DNA of 64,000 bases from Chiloscyllium plagiosum. Lineage: Eukaryota. A model generated the notes under the pieces. That model did no database searches, was not told the DNA's origin, and saw only the letters and a list, made by a program, of their open reading frames with translations. This document shows positions 13,760 through 24,464 of the stretch, piece after piece. Numbering within the stretch: position 1 is the stretch's first letter; every line of letters starts with the position of its first letter. The stretch covers positions 84,671,730 to 84,735,729 of the forward strand of contig NC_057718.1 of NCBI RefSeq assembly GCF_004010195.1, read 5' to 3'. The translations under genes and the position numbers were made by a program.

Positions 13760-14620
13760 CATGTTTTTCCTCCATTTGGATTACCCAGAATTCTTCTGTA
13801 ACCATCTCCAGAAAGGATTTGAATTCAGAGTTATTCTTAAGGGCCAGCACCTCCTTGATTGCTTTCATCTTGTCCTCTATGGGGTGCAACTCCTGTGTAT
13901 CCGCCCAATAATGAAGGTAAGCTGCTTCTTTCGCCTGGAAGGTGCACTTCTGCTTTCAGAAGCACTCCTGTTTCCTGGAATCACTTTAATATTACTAAAT
14001 TTTACAAGTGTTTTTCTTCAGTAGGTCCTGTTAGTAATATGTCTTCCAAGTACACCATAACACCCAGCAAGTTTTGCAGTAAACTGTCCTTTGTTCTTTA
14101 GAATATAGCATACTCTAAAATTCCAAAAAGCAAGCAGGTGTTGTAGTACAGCACTTTATGGTTGTTTAAGGTGCCGCATCTCTTTGAGACATTGTCCAGC
14201 TTCAACTGCTGGTAGACATGACTCATGTCTGGCGAAAGTGAGGTCTGCAGATGCTGGAGATCAGAGTCAAGATTAGAGTGGTGCTGGAAAAGCACAGCAG
14301 GTCAGGCAGCATCCGAGGAGCAGGAAAAACGATGTTTCGGGCGAAAGCCCTTTATTAGGAGTCGGGAAAGGCTTTTGCCCGAAATATCATTTCCCTGCTC
14401 CTCGGATGCTGCCTGACCTGCTGTGCATTTCCAGTACCACTCTAATCATGACTCGTGTCTCACTTGTTGAACATATGACCTCCCAGCCTGTTTTCCATGT
14501 AGATCTCCAATATTTGGAGTCGAGTACTTAGCCAGATTCGCAGCCTGGTTCACCATCCACTTGTAATCTCTACAGATATAAATGCTTTTATCCAGTTTCA
14601 CTCCTGGCACAATGAATATT
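13760..14620 (-). mobile_element. Gypsy relic, reverse transcriptase part
   Basis: DMSHVYQQLKLD, VYLEDILLTG (YxDD-like), HPIEDKMKAIKEVLALKNNSEFKSFLEMV; same orientation as the pieces at 6.6-7.5 kb and 10.1-10.85 kb. Confidence 0.7.
14231..14446. mobile_element. Fold-back (palindromic) Penelope-derived mini-element
   Basis: ~85-nt inverted arms; flanking duplication catgactcatgtct (14217-14230) / catgactcgtgtct (14447-14460). Confidence 0.8.
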
Positions 14621-16265
14621 CTATAGGTCAGAGAATTAGCTTGGATTTTTAAAGGGCAGATCTTGCTTGAGTATCTGATGTATTTTGAAGGCAGAAATTA
14701 CTGCAGATGCTGGAATCTGTACTGAAAATAACAAATGCTGGAGGACGCAGTGGGTCATACATAATCCACAAAGAAGGCAAGCTGATGTTGTGTGTCCAGA
14801 TGAGTCTTGAGCTGAAGTGAAGTGTGGAGGGGGCAGCATTTATGCTGTAGTTTGGGTTGGTTGGGGGGAGGTGTAGAGTGGTGGGAGAGAAAAAACATTG
14901 ATAGTTCAGATTCTTTCAAGTCTGGCAATTAGACACATCATTGTTCTGCCAACCTCAAATTCTGATCACTTAATCTGAACTATCAACATCTTTTATTCCC
15001 TCCCCTCGTATAAGTTCTTATAGATATAACTGGATAATGCTGTGGCCATTGATTTTAATATAATTAAATCTCAGGTTTCACTTGGGACACATAAAAAAAG
15101 GTGCTTTCAAAATGGTGCAAAACTATGAACAGTGACTGCCTTTCAAGAGTAAAATTAGAAAACATGTAATAAGTGGTAGGTGTTTGAAATGGCAGTAGAT
15201 GCTTCGTTAGTTTTGATCTTGAGATTGATACCTTGATACACAATCCCTTGGACTGCTGGGACCTTTTTTGATTTCTTTCCAAGTCTGATGGGACAAAGCC
15301 CTCTTAATTCTGATAAAACTGAAAATGTTTAGGCTAAAAAATTGAAGACTTTTCTATAAAAGCTCTCCTGGTTGAGAAATTCCACAAACTAGATGTCACT
15401 TCTGCTAAGATCACCTGAAGTGACTTGATTCTCCTTCTAGGAGTAGGAATTCTTCCTGACAGTCAACAGCAATCATGTGCTTTCTTGAGGTTGTCACTTT
15501 ACAAAATAAAAGTCAAAATAGTTTGTTAAACATTACATCCATAGATCTCTCTTTGTTGTCATTTTTTCAATACAATATTGATTTTGAAATAAAAATCCCA
15601 AAATATAACACAATTGCGAACCTTTCATTGCAGTGTAATTCATTGGAATGGGTGTGGCTAGATCAACTAGAGTGATATTAGCTAATTGAAGTGCACAGAA
15701 GCCCTTTCCAATTAAGCCTTTTCATAAGATTAAAAAAGAATGTTAATAACTTTTTATAGTATTTAAAACTTTGGTGGATAAGATGGTACTGGAGTGGGAT
15801 GTTGACAGTGATCAGTGAAGAAAATGGGGCCATGGGTGGATATTTCTTGACTGACTGAAAGAAAATTTACACATTGTCCTGTTGAAGCAAGAAATTAAAA
15901 ATGGATCGGAGCATGTCCAAATGAAACTACATGAAAAATGAATAAACTTCTGACATGTATTTCACACTTTCTCTTTGTACTCAGCAGTTAGTGCACAAAA
16001 AGATTATTATTACGTTATTTTATATATTTTCTACACCAAAATAGACACCTTGTACCCATCAGCACTGGAGTTCAGTAAATCTAATTTGTTTAAAAGCAGA
16101 ACCAGTTTTGAAGTATACACACATTCCATGCACTTTGGCTAAGAATTTTGACTTAAATATTATGGAGAAAATGTCATTTGTCCTGCACCTATAGATCCTA
16201 AAAATTATAATGTCCTTAGAAAATAGCATCATATTCAAGAATTGTAAATGTGTTTGTCTTTGCAG

Positions 16266-16697
16266 TTCTGTGGGGGAGATAAGCCTTACATAGCACCAGC
16301 AGATCTGGAGCAGCAACACCTGAACTTGAAAGCAGCTTCTATCAAGCAGTTTCGATCTGTCAAGAAAATGGGTGGGGAAGAATTCTGTCAGCGCTATCAA
16401 GAACAGCTTGAGCAAGAAATGGATGAGAACTATGCAAACTTTGTAAAGCACAATGACAGCAAAAATATTTTTTATGCTGCTCGCACACCTGCCACACTCT
16501 TTGCTGTGATGTTTACCATGTACATAATCTCAGGAGTGACTGGATTCATTGGCTTGAACTCGATAGCTTCTTTATGCAACCTTGTGATGGGAATGGCTCT
16601 AATATCCCTCTGCACCTGGGCTTACACAAAGTATTCTGGTGAATTCAGAGAATTTGGAACAATCATTGATCAAGTGGCTGAAACTATATGGGAACAG
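16266..16697 (+). CDS. ATL2: Atlastin-2, penultimate coding exon (end of three-helix bundle, both TM segments, amphipathic tail start)
   Basis: tgcag acceptor, 432 nt, phase 0, GTGAGT donor; [15 protein letters not shown]...KKMGGEEFC...[18 protein letters not shown]...[22 protein letters not shown] matches ATL2. Confidence 0.97.
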
Positions 16698-17109
16698 GTG
16701 AGTACAATTCCTCCACAGTCCCTCCTTTATTGCCACTATGATGTACAGTTTAATGTAGAGAAACGTCCCTAGTTTAAATAATATGTTGATCATTATTGTA
16801 TGACTTTTAAAATTGATTGCAATCTTAGCTAATTAACAGTTTATGCAGTACTTTCTAAAGGCATTGCTTTAAATTATTTGGGTGCATGTTCATAACTACG
16901 TAATCTTTCAATATGTAGCTGAATAACAAGCATGTATTAACTCTTCAACCCTATTTAACATCTGTCGGCAATGTCCTTCCCATCAGTCCTTTGCTTCTTT
17001 CCTAAATGTCTGTCTGACAAAATTAATGGCAATTTAACAAAACAATCTTTGAATTGCATTTTCCAGATTTAATAATAGGGTGACTCGAAATAGTTATCTA
17101 TTACACATT

Positions 17110-17180
17110 TCCAGGGCAGGTGGGAGTTGAACCTGTACCTTGTGGCTCAGAGGCAAGGACACTACCGCTGTGTCACCAGA
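17110..17180 (-). mobile_element. tRNA-derived SINE head fragment
   Basis: Minus strand ggtgacacagcggtagtgtcc...ggttcaactcc with A-box/B-box-like spacing. Confidence 0.5.
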
Positions 17181-17404
17181 GTCGTCTTCAGATTTAATAG
17201 ACAAACCTGGACAAAGGTGGTTCTTCACTCTGTTTTTAATCATCTCACCTTCCATTGCTGCATCACTTAATGAAAAATAGTTGCAGCTTAGATGACCCAT
17301 AGTATCTGCAACTTACTTCCCTTTTGAAGTTCTCTAGCTAAACTTTACTGCCCCGTTTTCCCATGACCATTATGACATGTTATGGGATTTGTTTATGTCC
17401 ACTG

Positions 17405-17580
17405 ACAGGGAAGGAAGAGCCTTAGTTTAACACTTGATCTGGAGGATTGGAAGAGTGATTGGAAAGTGCAACATTCCTTAAGTACTTCTCTGGTGTGCGA
17501 ACCCAGATCATGGGGTTATGTTTCTGGTGGAGGACTGAAACTCACCACCTCTGGTCACTGTTGTGACTAACTGAGCTAAG
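17405..17580 (-). mobile_element. Degenerate DeuSINE (SacSINE/AmnSINE-like) relic
   Basis: Resembles the Deu-domain pattern agtgca..cattcct..agtact...actgagc; similar relics at ~21210-21300, 35125-35230, 46290-46430 and 55480-55620. Confidence 0.45.
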
Positions 17581-18805
17581 GTTGTTATATTCCCTACAGC
17601 CAGAGTGTGATCAGAATAATTAAAATAGAAAACTGATTTTTCACCCTGAAGTACTGGAATTCATTGGCTCTTTTTTTTGTCTGTTCATCTTTTTTGCCAG
17701 TATTTGGAACGACACAAGCTTAATGGAATTTCTCTACCTGAAAATGACCCTTTACTGAATTAGTCTAAAGTTTTAGTTGTGTACATTATTCTAATATTAA
17801 AATAGAATGTTTTAATGCAACATTTGCATTGATTAAAATAACCATGATTTGGCATGCATTTATTTTTAATGTAGCTGATTTTTTTTATTCAAACAAGTGC
17901 TTTACAAATTTATTTTCCTTTTTTGTTCTGCTTGTTGAGAGTCTCAAATATGAAATATAGCTGCTTTGAGCAATCAAATCACTAAGGTGAATTGCATAGC
18001 ATTCATTTGGTTGTAATTATAGACTCTGTAGCATAGATGAGTAAGCACATGACTGAGGACGTGAGCCTGCATAAGAAAACTGAGGGAGACAAATGATCAG
18101 ATTTTTAAAGGTGGAGGGACATTGGTCATCTACATGACATCCTGTGCTATGGTTCAGCTTTGGTATTTGCCTGTGATGTTTCAAGTGCAAGTTCCCAATC
18201 ACTACTGTGAACCACATGTGGCAGATTTTTCACAGCATTTTGCTCTGGGTTTGCTCCTAGTTGGTTCGGGAGTGGTATTAGTGAGTTGTGAGCAGAATAC
18301 GTCAAGATTGTGCAAATTGTACAATAACAACATTCAGCTGATTTTGGGAGACATATTCAACAAACCATGAGGTCCTAATTCAGTTTTTCAAACCAATTTT
18401 TGTTTCCCTTTTACACATTACTTAATTTCCTCAATGTGAATGAAGGTGGGATGATTTTAAACCAAAAACAAGATTATCCAACTATGTTATGGGGAAATGA
18501 GACAAGGATTCAAAAGTAGTTTGTTTGACAGTTGAGACACGTGCATCAAACTTGGGAAAGAGCTTTGGAACTCAGTGATAATTGAGCTTGTATTTATCCA
18601 ATATCCCAATATAAATCATTTAATAATAATCCCTGTTTTAGAGGATAGCTCAAAGTATCTGCTGTTGCTGCATTCTATATTCTGATGGCTGTTATTCTGT
18701 GTTTCTTCTGAAGTATTCTTTGATTCCTAGTCTTTCCCTGTCGGTACTGATTACTACATGCATTGATTGCTCATTTTCTTCCCTTTCCTCCTTTATGCAA
18801 TCCAG

Positions 18806-18820
18806 AGGAGTCCAAAGAAG
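18806..18820 (+). CDS. ATL2: ATL2 15-nt alternative microexon encoding RSPKK
   Basis: Long pyrimidine tract, tgc, then tccag|AGG AGT CCA AAG AAG|gtgaaa; frame-preserving; corresponds to mammalian RSPRK. Confidence 0.85.
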
Positions 18821-18950
18821 GTGAAAACCTTGTTTTGACTTATTACCACAAACATAATTTTTTTTTGACTTATTGTAGTCTTCCCAGTTCATAACTAAAT
18901 TGGCAAATTGAGTGTTTTGGAGATCACTAATTAACAACTCCTTGTTTTAG

Positions 18951-19052
18951 GTATTATGCAAGCTGTTCACTTCAGCTCGAAGTAGAGTGGTACATCGTTC
19001 TATTACATCACTGAGACTCTCATCAAACAACAACAACAAGAAGAAAAACTAG
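18951..19052 (+). CDS. ATL2: ATL2 alternative C-terminus (ATL2-2/-3 type): VLCKLFTSARSRVVHRSITSLRLSSNNNNKKKN*
   Basis: Branch-point-like cactaat and ttttag acceptor; phase 0; similar to the mammalian tail ending RLSSNNNKKKN. Confidence 0.92.
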   Translation, partial: VLCKLFTSARSRVVHRSITSLRLSSNNNNKKKN

Positions 19053-19583
19053 CTGTTGTGCTTTAATCATGTGGTCTTTTTGGAGGGTGTGGGAATGTGG
19101 ACATTTACACACTTGTCAGGGTCATGTTGTGTAACAAGTTATCAAATGTTCACAGCAAATTCAATAATGTAAAGTGCAGAACTGCTCATTTAAGTGACTG
19201 TTAAGAAGGCAGGCAGATCCATGTGAAGAAGAAAAGTGGTAAACGTCTTATCATTTCAGATCATTTAATTTTGAGATTTTTAAAAAATATATAAATCATG
19301 TATTATCCATTGTATTATATAGCAGAATAATGCAGGCTGCCATGCCCAGCAATTTTTCCACTTAACAAGTTTTTTTCCCTTTCAATGCAGAGTTGAATTT
19401 AATTTCACATTCCATCTTTCCTCATCATTCCTTTCAATCCAACGTTCTTGTAGTTATTTTGCAACTAGTTAATGGGAAAATATTTAACAGATGTGGTTTT
19501 ACTGGTTTTTTTGTTGATAGCGTGTTTTTGGTTACCCCATTTTAAGTCTTCCCTTTCTTTCTTTTAACATTCCCATATTACAG

Positions 19584-19703
19584 GTGTTGAAGCCACTGAG
19601 TGACAATTTGATGGAGGACAACATAAGACAGACTGTAGCAAACTCCATCAAAGCAGGTTTGACTGAACAGGGCTCCCAACATACCAAATTAAAGACAAAC
19701 TGA
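19584..19703 (+). CDS. ATL2: ATL2 canonical C-terminus (ATL2-1 type): [39 protein letters not shown]
   Basis: Pyrimidine tract and tacag acceptor; phase 0; similar to human [29 protein letters not shown]... Confidence 0.95.
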   Translation: MLKPLSDNLMEDNIRQTVANSIKAGLTEQGSQHTKLKTN

Positions 19704-20744
19704 CAATCCCTTGTCTGGTTCTATTGGTGTCAAGTGCTTGCTATAGGTTACGGACTTTGAATCAATTTAAAATTAGTCTGCGTAGATTTTGAAGTGAAAG
19801 GCCCAACTTCACTGGACACTGCCAAAAAGGTCTGAAGAGCGAAGAAGGAAATATTCATGGAGATGATTTTTTCAGTGGGTAGGTAGTTACGTTGCTAAAC
19901 AAGATCTAACAGAGGTTTGTAACATTTGTAACTTGAATGTTGACGTAAGAACACTAGTCAAATTTCCTTTTCAGGTCTTGTGAAAGGCTGGTTTGCACTG
20001 TAGTATACTGTACAGATAAATCAATGGGATCATTGAGGTAGCCAAGCATAGTTAAGCTTGATGAGCCAATTCATTTTTTTGTTAATGCTTTTGCTCGTGT
20101 TACCAGTATTATACATTGCATGAATCCAAACTACACAAGCCATTGGATTAATTTTGAGGACAAGATTACTGTTAGACGGGGTAATTTGAAGCTTGCCTTG
20201 CCTTTTTCCTGAAAGCAGCCCTAGAACAGTTGTATGAACAGTGACAGTCGAACTGCTGGGAAGTTTAACCGTTTCACTACTGCCACTTTAGTCCATCCAA
20301 TATGCCTTTTTCATTTTTTTGTGGGGGGAAGGGGGGTGGAGTAAACCACCCAAAAAGAACTGTTTCCCGTAGCTACCAGTTAGCATTGTCTGTACAGTGC
20401 ATTTATTTTTTTTAAATTTAATTTTCTATCAAATCATAGAGGTGGGGCATGTATATTAAATATAAATATATAAATACCAAATTTTGTATCAAAGTTTTTG
20501 TAGTTAATGGCAAAATCTGGTACAGTGGTAGGCTCTGTGCAGTTTATGTAAAGGAATGTTATTTGTGATTGATGTAAACATAAGTGCACCAAATTTGAGG
20601 TTTTGATATATTTGTGATATTACCTGCCTTGAGCATTGCAGTCCCACCCCTTATGGCAAAGCAATGGGAATGTTATTTCGTGGAATTCGGTTGTCTTCTG
20701 TTGCATTTTAAAGTTATTTCCTGTAATTTATTTTTCAATACACA

Positions 20745-20750
20745 ATTAAA
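20745..20750 (+). terminator. ATL2: Candidate ATL2 polyadenylation signal ATTAAA (alternative AATAAA at 21156-21161)
   Basis: Hexamer at the end of a repeat-free AT-rich 3' UTR-like tract, followed by a T-rich stretch. Confidence 0.45.
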
Positions 20751-21749
20751 GTACTCTATGAAATTCCCTGTTTCTGATTGATTTCACTGAAAATGTAATG
20801 AATCTACATGATACACTGTAAAAGAGATTAAATGTCAAGGGAGTAATTTAGTCTTTACATGTTTCTAAAGTCAGTTTTTAAATTAAGTTCAGCTGACTAA
20901 ATGTGCTGAAACTATTGTTAGCTGCAGTTAAATATGAAAATATTGTGTTACTGTTAAATATTTGCACACTCACTAAACAATTTTCACATAACTGATATTC
21001 CATAACATGGCTAAATGGAATTTTAAACTATTAGAACACCTAACTTCCCTGTTAACAGAACAATTGAGAATTGCATAGTAATGTCTGTAATAACTCAGTT
21101 AGGGCTGTATATGGTTTAACTCAGACCAACATTTAAAAGACTGAAATACATCTACAATAAATTTATACAATGTTATTTCAGCTATTTCAATCTTTTGAGT
21201 GCTAATCTTACAGCCTCCCTATTACTTCCACTTCAGTATTGAGTTCTACACAGCAGCCAAAAGAGAATACCTCTGACAATATAGTGTCCCCTTGGTTTTG
21301 GACTGAAGAATTAGTGGGATTGGACCATAGAACTCCCTTTTGTGGAAGTAAGGCTTCTAACTGTTCCTCCAATAATTGCTGTACTGAAATCCATGAATGA
21401 GCTCCCTGTCTGTACTTTAAAGTGTGATTGTAAATGGGAGACAACTTGTACATTTGACAAGCAGTAACTTGTAGTCAAGTATAAAAGCAACAAGAAATTC
21501 TGGAACTTTTTGGGTTAGGCAGCATGTTTGGAGGGACAAGTTAATTTTAAAGTCCATAACCTTTCTTCTAAACTGGCAAAGTGTTACAGCTCTGTTATTG
21601 AGATAGGGAAATTGGAGTGGGGGGGGGGGCACAAATCTGTAATCCAGTAGAAAGTAGGCGGGATTAAGTGACTAGGAATAATGCTACAAGGCAAAAGGGC
21701 ATGATAATGGTACAAGTGAAATACAAAATGGAGGAGGTCAACATGGCAG

Positions 21750-22838
21750 TAGCTGGAATGTGTTGCTGGAAAAGCGCAGCAGGTCAGGCAGCATCCAAGA
21801 AGCAGGAGAATCAACATTTCGGGCATAAGCCCTTCTTCAGGAATGAGGAGGGTGTGCCAAGCAGGCTAAGATAAAAGGTAGGGGGGAGGGGCGTTGGGAA
21901 TGCGATAGGTGGAANNNNNNNNNNNNNNNNNNNNNNNNNNNNNNNNNNNNNNNNNNNNNNNNNNNNNNNNNNNNNNNNNNNNNNNNNNNNNNNNNNNNNN
22001 NNNNNNNNNNNNNNNNNNNNNNNNNNNNNNNNNNNNNNNNNNNNNNNNNNNNNNNNNNNNNNNNNNNNNNNNNNNNNNNNNNNNNNNNNNNNNNNNNNNN
22101 NNNNNNNNNNNNNNNNNNNNNNNNNNNNNNNNNNNNNNNNNNNNNNNNNNNNNNNNNNNNNNNNNNNNNNNNNNNNNNNNNNNNNNNNNNNNNNNNNNNN
22201 NNNNNNNNNNNNNNNNNNNNNNNNNNNNNNNNNNNNNNNNNNNNNNNNNNNNNNNNNNNNNNNNNNNNNNNNNNNNNNNNNNNNNNNNNNNNNNNNNNNN
22301 NNNNNNNNNNNNNNNNNNNNNNNNNNNNNNNNNNNNNNNNNNNNNNNNNNNNNNNNNNNNNNNNNNNNNNNNNNNNNNNNNNNNNNNNNNNNNNNNNNNN
22401 NNNNNNNNNNNNNNNNNNNNNNNNNNNNNNNNNNNNNNNNNNNNNNNNNNNNNNNNNNNNNNNNNNNNNNNNNNNNNNNNNNNNNNNNNNNNNNNNNNNN
22501 NNNNNNNNNNNNNNNNNNNNNNNNNNNNNNNNNNNNNNNNNNNNNNNNNNNNNNNNNNNNNNNNNNNNNNNNNNNNNNNNNNNNNNNNNNNNNNNNNNNN
22601 NNNNNNNNNNNNNNNNNNNNNNNNNNNNNNNNNNNNNNNNNNNNNNNNNNNNNNNNNNNNNNNNNNNNNNNNNNNNNNNNNNNNNNNNNNNNNNNNNNNN
22701 NNNNNNNNNNNNNNNNNNNNNNNNNNNNNNNNNCTCCAGCCTATCACCCTCACCTTAACCTCCTTCCACCTATTGCATTCCCAACGCCCCTCCCCCAAGT
22801 CCCTCCTCCCTACCTTTTATCTTAGCCTGCTTGGCACA
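21750..22838. mobile_element. Penelope-like element in inverted arrangement spanning an assembly gap
   Basis: 21855-21914 is the reverse complement of part of 22734-22838; both match 60140-60350. Confidence 0.75.
21915..22733. other. Assembly gap (819 N)
   Basis: Run of N. Confidence 1.
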
Positions 22839-24464
22839 TACTTCTAGGCAATGCATTCCAGGCCCTAACTATTTGCTGTGTTAAAAATCTTCCTTTTCCT
22901 CTTTAATTGCTTTTTTTTTTAAAACCAAACACTTTAAAACTCTACTGTCTGGTTCTTGATCCTGTTTAGAGCAGGAACAGTTTTTCTCTTTTTACTTTTT
23001 CCAGATCTCTTAGAACTTTTCAATATCATATGATATCTCCTCTTAGGAATGTTGCCCTAAAGAGGGAATAAAATGTACAAATTTGAAACCAGTAAATTGC
23101 TGTTTCACCTCTAAGTGGTGATTGTGCATCTCCGATGGCAGGAGATAAAAGGGCACTGTTGCATTTGTTTACACAGTAAAGTGGATAGAATGATGACATT
23201 GATTTGAAGAGTGAGCTAAGGCTTCATTAAGTTAATGACCCTTTGACTACTGAAAAGGAAAATGTTTGTCAGTGGAGTAAATGCCACTTAAAGCTGCTGG
23301 GATGGAAGGTGACACGAAGGAAATCCTCATCACTTGAGGGAAGAGGAAACATTGTCTGAAGCACTGTTAGCTTGGTACCTGCCATTTCCGTCATAAATTG
23401 TCTTGACATAAATTGCAATGGACTTGCATTCGTTTTTGCTTCTTTTCCCTTTCACATAATAGAAGCTTTACAATCTTGTAACAACAAAGTGTAGAACTTG
23501 TTATGTGATTTGATAGGAATGTTTTTGCAACTAATGTGTCCTATGTAGTGCCAGTGTAAAGATGGTACAGAATATTTTAATATTAAAGCCATTGGGGAAG
23601 AAGATTTGCTGCAGCTCATGTGATAAAACCTTCACATCTTTGGTTTACAAATTAAAGGGAAAAGGTGAGGGAACATAAACAAAAAACAGTTGCATAAAAA
23701 TGGCAAAAAAAAGGTACTGATCCTGGCAAGTAGGAAAAAATGCGAAGAAAAGCCAAGGGTAAACTGAGATATAAAGGGTGCAAAGAAAATCACAAAACAG
23801 AACGATTATGCCAGCAATGTAGTTATTTTGAATAATTACATTTGTTTCATATTTATACTAGAGGTAGCTATCAGAAGGTTGGAAATACACAGGAAGCCAA
23901 CATTGAATCAAGGACAGATTTATGAAAATGACACTAATGAAGAGAATAATGACTCTGTGACAAATCCCTAGGACCAGAAGGTATCCATCCCAGGGCTTTA
24001 AAGAAAGTATATGAGAATAATAGAAGTTGCATACTATAATCTTCCATAGTTCCCAATTGAAGAATTGTACCCTTGATGTCTACTCCTGAATGAGTGTTTC
24101 ATATTCCTGAGGGTTACAACAATTTGATGAGCTGTCTTCGCAAGTCAAGCACTGGTCCTTCTGAGAATTCCTTTTTTTTTTAAAAAAAAAAGGAAGAGCC
24201 ATTACATCAACAGGAATAGACTTCACCTGTGGAACTTTGGTCAAGTATCAGCAGTGAAAAGGTGATGTGACGTAACATAACTGTGATAGCATCCAAACTG
24301 ACAGAGTGCCTTTAACGTGGAGGTGTACCCCATATTTCAACAAAAAAGCAGGAGAGGCATTGTGAACAGCCATGGTCTTTTTCCTAGCATAGGGGAATTC
24401 TAAAACTTGAGGGCATAGGTTTAAGGTAGAGAGGAGAAAGATTTAAGCAAAAACTTGAAGGATA

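Noticed and set aside
1..16265. Upstream ATL2 exon (ATAEANNLAA... type)
   Set aside because: Not found by reading; it probably lies before the window.
17971..17986. Possible second ATL2 microexon (ag|caatcaaatcactaag|gtgaat)
   Set aside because: 16 nt, in-frame stop, poor pyrimidine tract, no homology I can support.
21866..22847. 310-312 aa ORFs
   Set aside because: Artefacts of the N gap.
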